A stretch of 63,970 bases of DNA, filler included. It is 7 parts of 7 records of this genome, joined end to end, with 100 filler letters (N's around TTAATTAATTAA, not from the genome) between each part and the next. Parts side by side here need not be neighbours in the genome. Positions count along the whole stretch, not along the records: positions 49,497 to 59,984 come from SRR20825010_6127; positions 60,085 to 63,970 come from SRR20825010_6145; 5 more parts are not named here. One strand, given 5' to 3'. Position 1 is the stretch's first letter. Every line of letters starts with the position of its first letter. The translations under genes and the position numbers were made by a program. Under the pieces are notes generated by a model. The model saw only the letters and a program-made list of their open reading frames with translations. It ran no database searches and was not told where the DNA came from. Positions 53,640 to 63,970 of the stretch are shown here, piece after piece.

Positions 53640-54407
53640 ATGTTCAAAGCCGTTATTCCAGCCCGCCACGCATCCATGCGCCTACCGGGCAAACCCTTGC
53701 TGGACATTGCCGGCAAACCCATGGTGGTGCGCGTGGCAGAACAGGCCATGAAGTCCGGGGCGGACGAGGTGCTTGTTGCCACAGACCATGCCGACATTGA
53801 AGCAGCGTGCAAAGCCCACGGTTTGCAGGTGTTGATGACGCGCGGCGACTGGCCCACGGGCACAGATCGAATTGCCGAGGTGGTTCATCAAAAGGGCTGG
53901 GCCGACGACACCGTGGTGGTGAATGTGCAGGGCGACGAACCTTTGATTGACCCCGCTCTGATCGACCTGGTGGCGAACACCTTGCTGACAGGCGAACAAG
54001 ACATAGCGACCTGCGGCCATGCCATTGACAACTGGGAAGAATTCAAAAACCCGAATGTCGTGAAAATTGCCATGCGCGAAGACGACGAAGCGCTGTACTT
54101 TTCCCGCGCGCCGATTGCGTATCCACGAGACGCATTTGCCACCCAAAGCTGGCCTGCCAGTGCGCCGGCCGGTCAACTGGGCATTCGCCACATTGGCTTG
54201 TATGCCTATCGCGCCAGGTTTCTGAGAAAGTACCAAACCCTGCCCCCAGCGGCCATTGAGGTGCTTGAATCACTTGAACAACTAAGGGCGCTGGCCAATG
54301 GCTTTCGCATAAAAGTGTGTATGATTCAGGAAGCCCCGCTTCCCGGGGTAGACACGGTACAAGACCTGGAGAAAGTCAGGTCTCTGTTCATGTCTCGTTT
54401 GGGCTAA
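53640..54407 (+). CDS. kdsB: CMP-Kdo synthetase
   Basis: IPARHASMRLPGKPL, TGTDR, NVQGDEP, HIGLYAY, ESLEQLR. Confidence 0.97.
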   Translation: MFKAVIPARHASMRLPGKPLLDIAGKPMVVRVAEQAMKSGADEVLVATDHADIEAACKAHGLQVLMTRGDWPTGTDRIAEVVHQKGWADDTVVVNVQGDEPLIDPALIDLVANTLLTGEQDIATCGHAIDNWEEFKNPNVVKIAMREDDEALYFSRAPIAYPRDAFATQSWPASAPAGQLGIRHIGLYAYRARFLRKYQTLPPAAIEVLESLEQLRALANGFRIKVCMIQEAPLPGVDTVQDLEKVRSLFMSRLG

Positions 54408-54523
54408 ACGACCACTAAATAAATGTTCGGGCCTGCGATTGGGTAAGTTTGCTGCAAGTTGACACACCTACAATCGCAAAGGCCTCGAACAATAAAAACG
54501 GCCAAAAACATTGCTTGTTGTAA

Positions 54524-55228
<705 letters not shown>

Positions 55229-55241
55229 GAAAAGCAGGCGA

Positions 55242-55270
55242 AGTTCCCCGGCTCAATCGGCGCGGGGAAC
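55242..55270. terminator. Hairpin between convergent adk and murJ
   Basis: AGTTCCCCG...CGGGGAACT. Confidence 0.6.
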
Positions 55271-55304
55271 TGGCCTTACAAAACGAGCTTTACAGAACCG
55301 AACT

Positions 55305-56864
55305 TTACACCGCAGGCTTTCGAATCAGCCTTCTCGGGTTCAAACCCAACGCAGCCAGCACCGCGAAATACACCGCGCCACATGCTGCAATCACCCCCAG
55401 TACAAGCCCAATGCGAACAACAGGCGTTGAAGCCATGGCAAGCCAGTCAAACTGCTGGTCCATAGCCCACAGGGCTGCGCCCATGACCACACCGGCCACC
55501 AACACTTTCATGAAATACAAACCCCAGCCCGCAGACGGCGTGTAAAGCCCGCGCCTTCGCAAACCCCAATACAGCACGCCCGCATTCAACAAAGCCCCCA
55601 CACTGATGCTGAGCGGCAAACCTGCGTGCCCCAGCAATGGCACGGTAGCAAGGTTCATCAGTTGGGTTGTCAGCACCACCACAATGCCGATTTTTACCGG
55701 GGTGCGTATGTCTTGCTTGGCATAAAAACCTGGGGCGAGAATTTTTACAAGCACCAGGCCAGTCAAGCCAAGGCTGTAGGCCATCACGGCCTGGCTGGTC
55801 ATGGCCACATCATTTGCATCGAAGCGGCCATAGTGAAACAACAAGGCCACCAGTGCATCAGAAAACAGCCCCATGCCCACGGCAGCAGGCAGAACCAGCA
55901 CAACGGTCAGGCGCAGCCCCCAGTCCATCAGGCGGGAATATTCCTCGTGACTGCGGGTAGCAGCCGCTGAAAGCGAGGGCAGCAGCACCGTGCCCAAGGC
56001 AACCCCCAACAAGGCCGTGGGAAACTCCATCAAGCGGTCGCCATATGAAATCCAGGAGACACTGCCTTTGTCGAGATGCGATGCAATGTTGGTGTTGATG
56101 ATCAAACTGATTTGCGCCACAGAAACCGCCAGCGTGGCCGGTACCATGTTCCTTAACACACGGCGCACGCGCTCATCCTGCCAGGCAGTTTTCAAGGATC
56201 CAAACCCGGCAAACGGATTGATCAGGCAATCGGTGCGCGCCAAACCATACCAAAGCACGGCAACCTGCAATACACCACCCACCATCACTGCAATTGCAAA
56301 GGCCTTCACGGCTTGATCAAAATAGGGAGCAAGCAGCAGGGCACCCGCAATGAAGCTGATGTTGAGCAACACGGGGGCAAACGCAGGCAGGGCGAATGAA
56401 CGAAAGGTGTTCAACAGGCCCGACGCCAAGGCCACCATTGAAATTAAAAGGATGTACGGGAACATCCACTGGGTGAGCAGCACGGTAAGCTCAAACTGCT
56501 CGCTGCCCTGCTCCAGCCCGCTGGCCATGCCCATGACCACCCAACTGCCGCCCAGCACGCCCACCACCACAATCAATAGCAGACTGAGAAACAGGAGCGA
56601 ACTGACGCGCCGCGCAAGGTCAACAGCGGCCAGCTTGCCTTCGTTGGCATTGGTTTGAGACAGGATGGGAATGAAAGACTGGGAAAAAGCACCTTCGGCA
56701 AACAAGCGGCGCAACAAATTGGGAATTCGAAAGGCGATGAAAAAGGCATCGGATTCAGCCCCTGCCCCCAAAAGGCGCGCGGTGATTGTCTCTCGAATCA
56801 AACCGGTGATTCTGGAGAGCATGGTCATGGCACTGACCGCAGCAGCCGACTTCAATAAATTCAT
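55305..56864 (-). CDS. murJ: Lipid II flippase MurJ (MviN)
   Basis: SRITGLIRE, AFRIPNLLRRLFAEGAF, DRLMEFP, FYAKQDIRTPV. Confidence 0.97.
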   Translation of the reverse strand: MNLLKSAAAVSAMTMLSRITGLIRETITARLLGAGAESDAFFIAFRIPNLLRRLFAEGAFSQSFIPILSQTNANEGKLAAVDLARRVSSLLFLSLLLIVVVGVLGGSWVVMGMASGLEQGSEQFELTVLLTQWMFPYILLISMVALASGLLNTFRSFALPAFAPVLLNISFIAGALLLAPYFDQAVKAFAIAVMVGGVLQVAVLWYGLARTDCLINPFAGFGSLKTAWQDERVRRVLRNMVPATLAVSVAQISLIINTNIASHLDKGSVSWISYGDRLMEFPTALLGVALGTVLLPSLSAAATRSHEEYSRLMDWGLRLTVVLVLPAAVGMGLFSDALVALLFHYGRFDANDVAMTSQAVMAYSLGLTGLVLVKILAPGFYAKQDIRTPVKIGIVVVLTTQLMNLATVPLLGHAGLPLSISVGALLNAGVLYWGLRRRGLYTPSAGWGLYFMKVLVAGVVMGAALWAMDQQFDWLAMASTPVVRIGLVLGVIAACGAVYFAVLAALGLNPRRLIRKPAV

Positions 56865-56939
56865 ATAGTGATTGTTAAAAGGCTAGTATTTTGTTAAAAT
56901 TGCGGGTTTTCGAATTCTACACCCTGGAACACAAGCAAT

Positions 56940-57206
56940 ATGGCCAATTCAGCACAGGCGCGCAAGCGCGCAAAACAAGCCGCCAAAGCAAATGCGCACA
57001 ATTCTGCCATTCGCTCGGCGATGAGAACCGCGGTTAAAAAAGTACGCGCTGCCGTTGAAGCAGGCGACAAAACTGCTGCACAAGCAGTGTATCGCGAAAC
57101 AACCCGCATTCTGGACCGCGTGGCAGACAAAGATCTGATCCACAAGAACAAGGCTTCACGCAACAAGTCACGCTTGTCTGCCCTGGTTAAAGGCATGGCT
57201 GCTTAA
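56940..57206 (+). CDS. rpsT: 30S ribosomal protein S20
   Basis: [30 protein letters not shown]. Confidence 0.97.
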   Translation: MANSAQARKRAKQAAKANAHNSAIRSAMRTAVKKVRAAVEAGDKTAAQAVYRETTRILDRVADKDLIHKNKASRNKSRLSALVKGMAA

Positions 57207-57231
57207 AAGCCTCCATGGTGTGCCCAACATG

Positions 57232-57261
57232 AAAAAGCCCCTTGATTGAAAGGGGCTTTTT
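57232..57261. terminator. Bidirectional Rho-independent terminator
   Basis: AAAAAGCCCCTT...AAGGGGCTTTTT. Confidence 0.88.
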
Positions 57262-57291
57262 GTGTTTTCTGGATTTTTATATTCTAAGTAA

Positions 57292-57615
57292 TTACTCAGG
57301 ATCGGGCAGCAAACACGCATCCAGCAGTTGCAAATCGTTGTCCCTTGCAAAATTCAGCACGAAAGTCATGGCCATGGGTTCAATGTCGCGCAGGCGCTCA
57401 TCCACCACCACACATTTCACACTGTTCATCACGATGGGTTTCGCGTACGGGCTGTAAGCCAGGTGTTGCTGGCTTTGTTGGCGCCCAGGCGGGCGATAGC
57501 AGGACAGCACGCCACACAGGCGCTCTGCCCAGTCAGAAGGGCGAAAAGGCTTTCCTGCTGACGTAAGTCCGAGAATAAAGAATTCCTTGGGCTTGACCTT
57601 GGGTGGTTCAGCCAT
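57292..57615 (-). CDS. DUF3579 family protein
   Basis: GKPFRPSDWAERLCG, YSPY, FARDNDL. Confidence 0.82.
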   Translation of the reverse strand: MAEPPKVKPKEFFILGLTSAGKPFRPSDWAERLCGVLSCYRPPGRQQSQQHLAYSPYAKPIVMNSVKCVVVDERLRDIEPMAMTFVLNFARDNDLQLLDACLLPDPE

Positions 57616-57683
57616 AACCGAATAGCTCCTGAGGTTTACTTGCACCCCGACATGTAATTTTGATACGTGTTGTCGGGGTTGAT

Positions 57684-58514
57684 TCAGGCACGATCAATGC
57701 GTGCATAGGCCGAGTGGTTGTGGATAGATTCAAAATTTTCCGCTTCCACTGTGTACTGCCCCACCTGCTTGAATTTGTTCATGGCAATGGCCACATCGCG
57801 AACCAGGTCTTCAACGAACTTGGGATTGTCGTAGGCGCGCTCGGTCACGTACTTTTCATCGGGGCGCTTGAGCAAGCCATACAATTCGCAAGAGGCCTGC
57901 TGCTCAATTGCAGAGATGAACTGTGCAATGTCCACATCTTCTTTCAACTGAACACGGGCTGTAACATGTGATCTTTGGTTGTGCGCGCCGTATTCTGCAA
58001 TTTTCTTGGAGCACGGGCACAGGCTGGTCACTGGCACTACCACGGTCAGGTAAATGTCTTGCCCTTTTTCGGTGGCAGAACCTTCCAGAATCAGCTGGTA
58101 ATCCATCAGGCTGGACACACCGCTAATGGGCGCCACTTTCGATAGAAAGTAAGGCAGCTCCATCTTGATGCGACCCGAAGGCGCATCCAGGCGCTGCAGC
58201 ATTTCTGCCAACATTGCGCGGAAACCCGCAACAGTCAGCACGCTGCCCTGGGATTCTTCCAGCAAAGCAATGAAACGAGACATGTGCGTGCCTTTTTGAT
58301 CGGCAGGCAGAAACACGGTCATTTCGAACTCGGCCACAGAAGGCATGGGCTTTTGGCCCTGAAGTTCGATCAGAACTGGATATTTGACAGAACGAATACC
58401 CACCGATTGGATTGCAATGTGGCGGGTATCGATGGTGCTTTGGACATCGGGAATAGCCTGGTCGATTGGTTTGGTGGCCACGGCATTCTCCAAGCCTTTG
58501 TCACGTGTATTCAT
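57684..58514 (-). CDS. folE2: GTP cyclohydrolase IB
   Basis: PDVQ, KGTHMSR, SLCPCSK, AHNQRS, KRPDE, NPKFVED, ESIHNHSA. Confidence 0.96.
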   Translation of the reverse strand: MNTRDKGLENAVATKPIDQAIPDVQSTIDTRHIAIQSVGIRSVKYPVLIELQGQKPMPSVAEFEMTVFLPADQKGTHMSRFIALLEESQGSVLTVAGFRAMLAEMLQRLDAPSGRIKMELPYFLSKVAPISGVSSLMDYQLILEGSATEKGQDIYLTVVVPVTSLCPCSKKIAEYGAHNQRSHVTARVQLKEDVDIAQFISAIEQQASCELYGLLKRPDEKYVTERAYDNPKFVEDLVRDVAIAMNKFKQVGQYTVEAENFESIHNHSAYARIDRA

Positions 58515-58521
58515 AACTTCC

Positions 58522-59984
58522 TCATGTGTTCGCGGCGCGCCCTGCTACATGGCGTACCACATTGGTGTGGCGATCAAAGAGCTCGCCATAGTGCTGCTTG
58601 ATGGACGTTTCTATGCCTTGGGCGTCCAGTCCAAGATTCTTGAGCAGAAGAACAGGGTCTCCGTGGTCGATGAATTCATCGGGCAAGCCGAGCTGCAAAA
58701 CCTGGTTATTAAAGCCTTGAGCGTGCAGGTATTCCGTAACCGCAGAACCTGCGCCACCCATGATACAGCCCTCTTCCACGGTCACAAAGCTGTAGCGTTG
58801 CTCGGCAAACTTTTGTAACAGTTCCGCATCAATGGGCTTGACCCAGCGCATGTCCACCACAGTGGCACCCAGCGCACGGCCAGCCTCAAGGCTTGGCTCA
58901 CACATGGAGCCAAATGCCAAAATTACAAGTTTATGTTCAGTTGCATCGGGCGAATAACGCACAATTGCCTTGCCAATTTCAAGGGTATCCAGCGATTCAT
59001 CGGCCACAACGCCTGGACCCATGCCGCGCGGGTAGCGCACCGAGGCGCAACCTGGGTAGCGGTAAGCCGTTGTAAGCAACTTGCGACACTCGTCTTCATT
59101 GGAAGGGGCTGCAATCGCCATGTTGGGAATGCAGCGAAGGTAGGCAATGTCGTAGTTGCCTGCATGGGTGGCGCCGTCTGCTCCCACCAAACCAGCGCGG
59201 TCCAGCGCAAAAGTAACGTCGAGGTTTTGCAGGGCCACATCGTGAATCAGCTGATCGTAGGCGCGCTGCAAGAAGGTGGAATAAATGGCCACCACGGGTT
59301 TCATGCCCTCGCAGGCCAAACCTGCGGCAAAGGTAACCGCGTGTTGCTCGGCAATGCCCACATCGAAATAGCGCGACGGAAAGCGGCGCTCAAATTCAAC
59401 CATGCCTGAACCTTCACGCATGGCTGGCGTAATGCCCACCAGCTTGCGATCGGACTGCGCCATGTCGCACAACCACTTGCCAAAAATCTGGGTGTAAGTT
59501 GGCGGCTTTGGCGTGGTTGATTTTTGAATACCAATACTTGGGTCGAACTTGCCGGGACCGTGATACAACACCGGGTCTTGCTCGGCCAGCTTGTAGCCTG
59601 CGCCCTTTTTGGTAATGACGTGCAAGAAAATCGGGCCTTTCATGGCGCGAAGGTTTTGCAGGGTGGGCACCAGGGCGTCCAGGTCATGACCATCAATGGG
59701 GCCGTAATAGTTAAAACCAAATTCTTCGAACAGGGTGGCCGGGCTCATCATGCCCTTCACATGCTCTTCAAGACGATGCGCCAGTTCATACAAGGGCGGG
59801 GCCACGCCCAAAATGCCCTTGCCCACTTCCTTCACGTTATTCAGCATTCGGCCCGACAACAACTTGGCCAGGTACTTGTTCAGCGCGCCCACAGGCGGCG
59901 AAATGGACATGTCGTTGTCGTTCAGAATGACCAGCAAATCAATGTCGGGGGTAACACCGGCATTGTTCAGGGCCTCGAAAGCCA
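58522..59984 (-). CDS. dxs: 1-deoxy-D-xylulose-5-phosphate synthase, 5'-truncated
   Basis: [44 protein letters not shown]. Confidence 0.97.
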
Positions 59985-60084
59985 NNNNNNNNNNNNNNNN
60001 NNNNNNNNNNNNNNNNNNNNNNNNNNNNTTAATTAATTAANNNNNNNNNNNNNNNNNNNNNNNNNNNNNNNNNNNNNNNNNNNN
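59985..60084. other. Artificial contig spacer
   Basis: N44-TTAATTAATTAA-N44. Confidence 0.99.
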
Positions 60085-61655
60085 ATGTCTTTCACATCAA
60101 TGTTCAAGTCCTGAATTTTTCGGGTGATGGTGTTGCGCCCTATTCCCAAACGCTGCGCCGCCTCAATCCGCTTGCCATGGGTGGCTTTCAAGGCCGCCTG
60201 GATCATGGTGGTTTCGAACTGGGCGGTTAGTGCGTCCATTACATCGGGCTGCCCACTTTCCAGGGCTTTCTCTGCCTCCAGAAACAACAGTTCAAGCCAG
60301 CTGGTACTGCCCACTGGAACCTGGGCATTTGCAAGGGTTTCCGGTGCACTGGTTTCAAAAGGATACTTGCCAGCAGACATGCCGGAAACACCCGCAGACG
60401 GGACGCCAACCTGCGTGGCATGGCTGGTTTCAGCCAGCCACAAATTGGAAACGGCAGCTGGCGCGGCAGGTGCCTGCTCTGCAACGGGCGGGGCACCTGT
60501 TGGGAATGCCTTCAATTCAGGAGGTAAATCACGGGCTTCCACCAACTGGGCAGGTGCCATGACCGTGATCCAGCGGCACACGTTTTCCAGTTGACGAACG
60601 TTGCCGGGGAAGGGAAATTCACAGATGACACGCACCGCAGCTTCGGACAAACGCTTGGTTTCCGTACCCAATTCACGGGCAGAAACGCTGAGAAAATGCT
60701 TGGCCAAAATTGGAATGTCTTCCTGCCGTTCACGCAACGGTGGCAAACGCAAACGGATCACGTTCAAACGGTGGTAAAGGTCTTCACGAAAAAGCCCTTG
60801 TTTCACCCTTTCATCCAGATCCTGGTGGGTGGCCGCGATCACCCGCACATTGGCCTTGATGGGCTGCTGCCCACCGACCCGGTAAAAATGTCCGTCTGAC
60901 AACACCCGCAACAAACGGGTTTGCAATTCAGCGGGCATGTCGCCAATTTCATCGAGAAAAAGGGTGCCGCCCTCGGCCTGTTCGAAACGGCCACGGCGTT
61001 GTGCTTGCGCGCCAGTGAATGAGCCACGTTCATGACCAAACAATTCAGATTCCAGCAGGTCTTTCGGAATGGCCGCCGTATTCAAGGCAATAAATGGTTG
61101 CGTGGCACGCGGGCTGTGGCGGTGCAAAGCACGCGCAACCAATTCCTTGCCTGCGCCGCTTTCACCGGTGATCAACACCGTGACATTGGATTGAGACAAG
61201 CGCCCAATCGCACGAAACACTTCCTGCATGGCAGGTGCCTGCCCAAGAATTTCAGGTGCAGCGGTATCGGCTTCTTCAACGAACTCTTCGGTTTGCGATT
61301 CCCGAACTGCCCGCAAAATCAACTCCACTGCCTTTTCAATGTCGAATGGTTTGGGTAGATACTCGAACGCCCCCCCCTGAAATGCCGACACGGCACTGTC
61401 AAGGTCAGAATACGCCGTCATGATAATGACGGGCAGCTCTGGTTGCAGTTCACGAACCTTGGACAGCAGATCCAACCCGCTTTGGCCCGGCATTCGAATA
61501 TCGGAAACCAGCACTTGGGGAACATCGGTTTCCAGTCGTTCCAGTACTTCTGCGGCTGAGGAAAAAATTTCGCAAGGAATTCCTTCGCGGGAAATTGCTT
61601 TCTGCAAAACCCAGCGAATGGAGTGGTCATCATCAACAACCCAGATTGGACGCAT
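60085..61655 (-). CDS. ntrC: Nitrogen regulator NtrC; last codons cut by the contig end
   Basis: Receiver VDDD/DIRMP; GESGAGKE; GSFTGA; HTH AAQRLGIGRNTITRK. Confidence 0.96.
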
Positions 61656-61678
61656 TAATTGTGGTTCCTTAAAACCGC

Positions 61679-62791
61679 TTAGCTTGCAGCCTGATCAAAC
61701 TGAAGCGGCAATGTGACTTTAAAAAGTGTTCTTCCCGGTGTGGAGCTGCATTCAATAATGCCTTCGTGTTGTTGCACGAATGTTTGCGCCAGCGTAAGGC
61801 CCAAACCACTGCCGCCCTCACGCCCCGAAACCAGTGGAAAGAAAATTCTTTCCATGATTTCCGCAGGTATACCGGGTCCGTTGTCGATCACTTGCAAGTC
61901 TAATGCCAGCCTGTGTTGCTTGCGGTTTAAGGTTACTCTACGCACCACCCTGGTGCATAGAATTATTTGCGCAGTGCCTTCTGCAATTTGAGGTGTCAAA
62001 GCTTGTGCAGCATTGCGCACTATATTCAGGATTGCCTGAATCAGTTGTTCAAGATCGCCCAGGAATTCAGGGATGGATGTGTCGTAATCCCGAATGAATT
62101 TGAGGCCCTTGGGATGCTCGGCCAAAATGACGGAACGCACGCGTTCACACACCTCGTGGATATTCATCATCGAGACAATGTGCGGTTTTCTGTGCGGGGC
62201 CAGCAAGCGGTCTACCAGTGTTTGCAGGCGATCCGATTCCTTGATCACCACCTGCGTGTATTCCTTCAATTCAAGAGATGGCAGTTCCACCTCGAGCAAC
62301 TGGGCTGCACCGCGAATGCCCCCCAAGGGGTTTTTGATTTCATGTGCGAGGTTGCGGATCAATTCCTTGTTGGCCATGGATTGATCCATCATGCGGGCTT
62401 CGCGATCCACCTTCAGCTGTTGCTCAATTTCGCGCAATTCAATGATGGTGATGCCGTTCGCACCGTCGGGACAAGAAAGGGTGACGTGCACATGTTCTGC
62501 TGTCCCGTTCGGGCGTATCAGCTCGAACACCTGGCGCTTCACGCCAAACGGGTCGGCCTGCGACTTGCGCTGGAATTCCCGAAACAAATTGGCTTCGACA
62601 AACAGGGCGGCCAATGCCTGACCATCAAAACTTCGCCTAGACACCTCCAGCAATGTTTCTGCCGACAGGTTGGCGTACAACACCACGCCCTCGGGGTCAC
62701 TTACCACCACCGCAGTGGCCAACAATTCAAGACCTTGAAACCGTTCTTTCTTCAATTCGTCCCTCGTGCCGACCCGCAGCTTGCCTGACAA
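61679..62791 (-). CDS. ntrB: Nitrogen sensor kinase NtrB
   Basis: PAS domain; AHEIKNPLGGIRGAAQLL; RDYD; DNGPG; GSGLGL. Confidence 0.96.
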   Translation of the reverse strand: MSGKLRVGTRDELKKERFQGLELLATAVVVSDPEGVVLYANLSAETLLEVSRRSFDGQALAALFVEANLFREFQRKSQADPFGVKRQVFELIRPNGTAEHVHVTLSCPDGANGITIIELREIEQQLKVDREARMMDQSMANKELIRNLAHEIKNPLGGIRGAAQLLEVELPSLELKEYTQVVIKESDRLQTLVDRLLAPHRKPHIVSMMNIHEVCERVRSVILAEHPKGLKFIRDYDTSIPEFLGDLEQLIQAILNIVRNAAQALTPQIAEGTAQIILCTRVVRRVTLNRKQHRLALDLQVIDNGPGIPAEIMERIFFPLVSGREGGSGLGLTLAQTFVQQHEGIIECSSTPGRTLFKVTLPLQFDQAAS

Positions 62792-62794
62792 GCT

Positions 62795-63316
62795 TTATTT
62801 TGCCAGACGGATCAGCTCTGTTTTCAGTATTTCAATGTTGTCATTGGTCACCATGATTTCCTGCTCAAGACGACTGACGCGATCCAGGTATTTCTGGTAG
62901 TTGCGCTCACTGCCCAAGCGGTCTGGCTGACCATTCTTGTGTTCATCTTTCAACGACTTTAATTTGCTTTCTTCAATGCGCAATTCTTCCTGCAGTATTT
63001 TCATTCGATCATCTGAGGCGTTGAAATCACCCGAAGAACGATTGTCATACGCAGCAGCAGACCTGCCTGAGCCTGAGCTACGGCTTGAACCGTCCGCCCC
63101 ATTGGTGGTTCCGTATTTCGGCGCTGGCACCACGGTAATCGGATTCAAGTTCAAGGGTACACAACCATCGCCACCATCTGAGTTCTGGTACGTTCGAACC
63201 CCGTCTTTGTTTGTGCAAACAAACATTTCCGACCCTTTGGCCTGCGCACTGGTGAAAAGGAAAACCCCCAGGCCCAATGTCAGCAGCGAACGTGGAACAG
63301 ACGATTGCATCAGCAT
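62795..63316 (-). CDS. Secreted DUF4124-like protein
   Basis: Signal peptide; C-x-NKDGVRTYQN...C; coiled coil with ERNYQKYLDRV; usual position between glnA and ntrB in Betaproteobacteria. Confidence 0.75.
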   Translation of the reverse strand: MLMQSSVPRSLLTLGLGVFLFTSAQAKGSEMFVCTNKDGVRTYQNSDGGDGCVPLNLNPITVVPAPKYGTTNGADGSSRSSGSGRSAAAYDNRSSGDFNASDDRMKILQEELRIEESKLKSLKDEHKNGQPDRLGSERNYQKYLDRVSRLEQEIMVTNDNIEILKTELIRLAK

Positions 63317-63439
63317 GATTACTTCTCGGAAAATTAACGGACAATTTTTATAATAACCGATCACCTATAGATCACCCTCCCCATTGAAGGCGAGTGCTGA
63401 TACCAGACGGGGTAGTCGCTTTACAAAACCACAAAAATA

Positions 63440-63467
63440 AAAATGGCCCTTTTTAAGGGGCCATTTT
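63440..63467 (-). terminator. Terminator after glnA
   Basis: AAAATGGCCCT...GGGGCCATTTT. Confidence 0.85.
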
Positions 63468-63494
63468 CACATCGATTGTATGCAACCGGGCTTT

Positions 63495-63970
63495 TTACAG
63501 GCCGTAGTACATGTCGTATTCGATGGGGTGTGGTGTCATGCGGAAACGCTGCACTTCTTCCATCTTCAATGCAATGTATGCATCCAGCATTTGATTGCTG
63601 AATACACCACCACGGGTCAGGAACTCGCGGTCCTTGTCCAGGTATTCCAACGCCATTTCCAGTGAGTGGCAAACGGTTGGGATCTTTGCATCTTCTTCAG
63701 GAGGCAAGTCGTACAGGTTCTTGTCAGCAGCTTCACCGGGGTGAATCTTGTTCTGAACACCGTCCAGGCCAGCCATCAACATGGCAGCGAATGCCAGGTA
63801 GGGGTTGGCCATGGGGTCCGGGAAACGGGCTTCAATGCGGCGACCCTTGGGGTTGGCTACGTGGGGAATACGAATTGAGGCTGAACGGTTCTTGGCAGAG
63901 TAAGCCAACTTGACCGGAGCTTCGTAACCAGGCACCAAACGCTTGTAGGAGTTGGTGGACGGGTTGGTGA
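63495..63970 (-). CDS. glnA: Glutamine synthetase type I, 3' part
   Basis: [36 protein letters not shown]. Confidence 0.97.
   Translation of the reverse strand, partial: TNPSTNSYKRLVPGYEAPVKLAYSAKNRSASIRIPHVANPKGRRIEARFPDPMANPYLAFAAMLMAGLDGVQNKIHPGEAADKNLYDLPPEEDAKIPTVCHSLEMALEYLDKDREFLTRGGVFSNQMLDAYIALKMEEVQRFRMTPHPIEYDMYYGL

Overview
The window is not one locus. It is seven contigs joined by artificial 100-bp spacers (N44-TTAATTAATTAA-N44), from at least five lineages judged by gene content and composition, so adjacency across spacers has no biological meaning. (1) 1-19080, Burkholderiales (Limnobacter-like, my impression): a DedA/VTT-fused flavoprotein reductase, gor, a partial H1-like T6SS operon (tssA-B-C-hcp-hcp2-tssE-F-G-clpV) ending in a Tat-signal caspase-family protease and a lipoprotein, then hslR, tlpA, BON, gmhA, yraN and the 5' end of rsmI. 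(2) 19181-23559, Rhizobiales: feuQ-like kinase, lipoprotein, ccmI, ccmE, ccmF. (3) 23660-35937, planctomycete: DUF1559, heptaheme cytochrome c, TPR lipoprotein, two ABC-2 permeases, dnaG, rpoD, ccoN. (4) 36038-43422, Bacteroidota (Cytophagales-like): housekeeping genes plus a solo cas6-like gene after ychF, with no array or other cas genes. (5) 43523-49396, Rhodobacteraceae-like: IS5 remnant, LacI regulator, sugar ABC operon, Gfo/Idh/MocA. (6) 49497-59984 and (7) 60085-63970, Burkholderiales core genes (xseA, exbBD-like, lpxK, kdsB, adk, murJ, rpsT, folE2, dxs; ntrC, ntrB, glnA). The best candidates for undescribed biology are the CRISPR-independent Cas6 and the T6SS-linked exported caspase module with tandem divergent Hcp. 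All calls come from motif recognition by eye; no searches were run.
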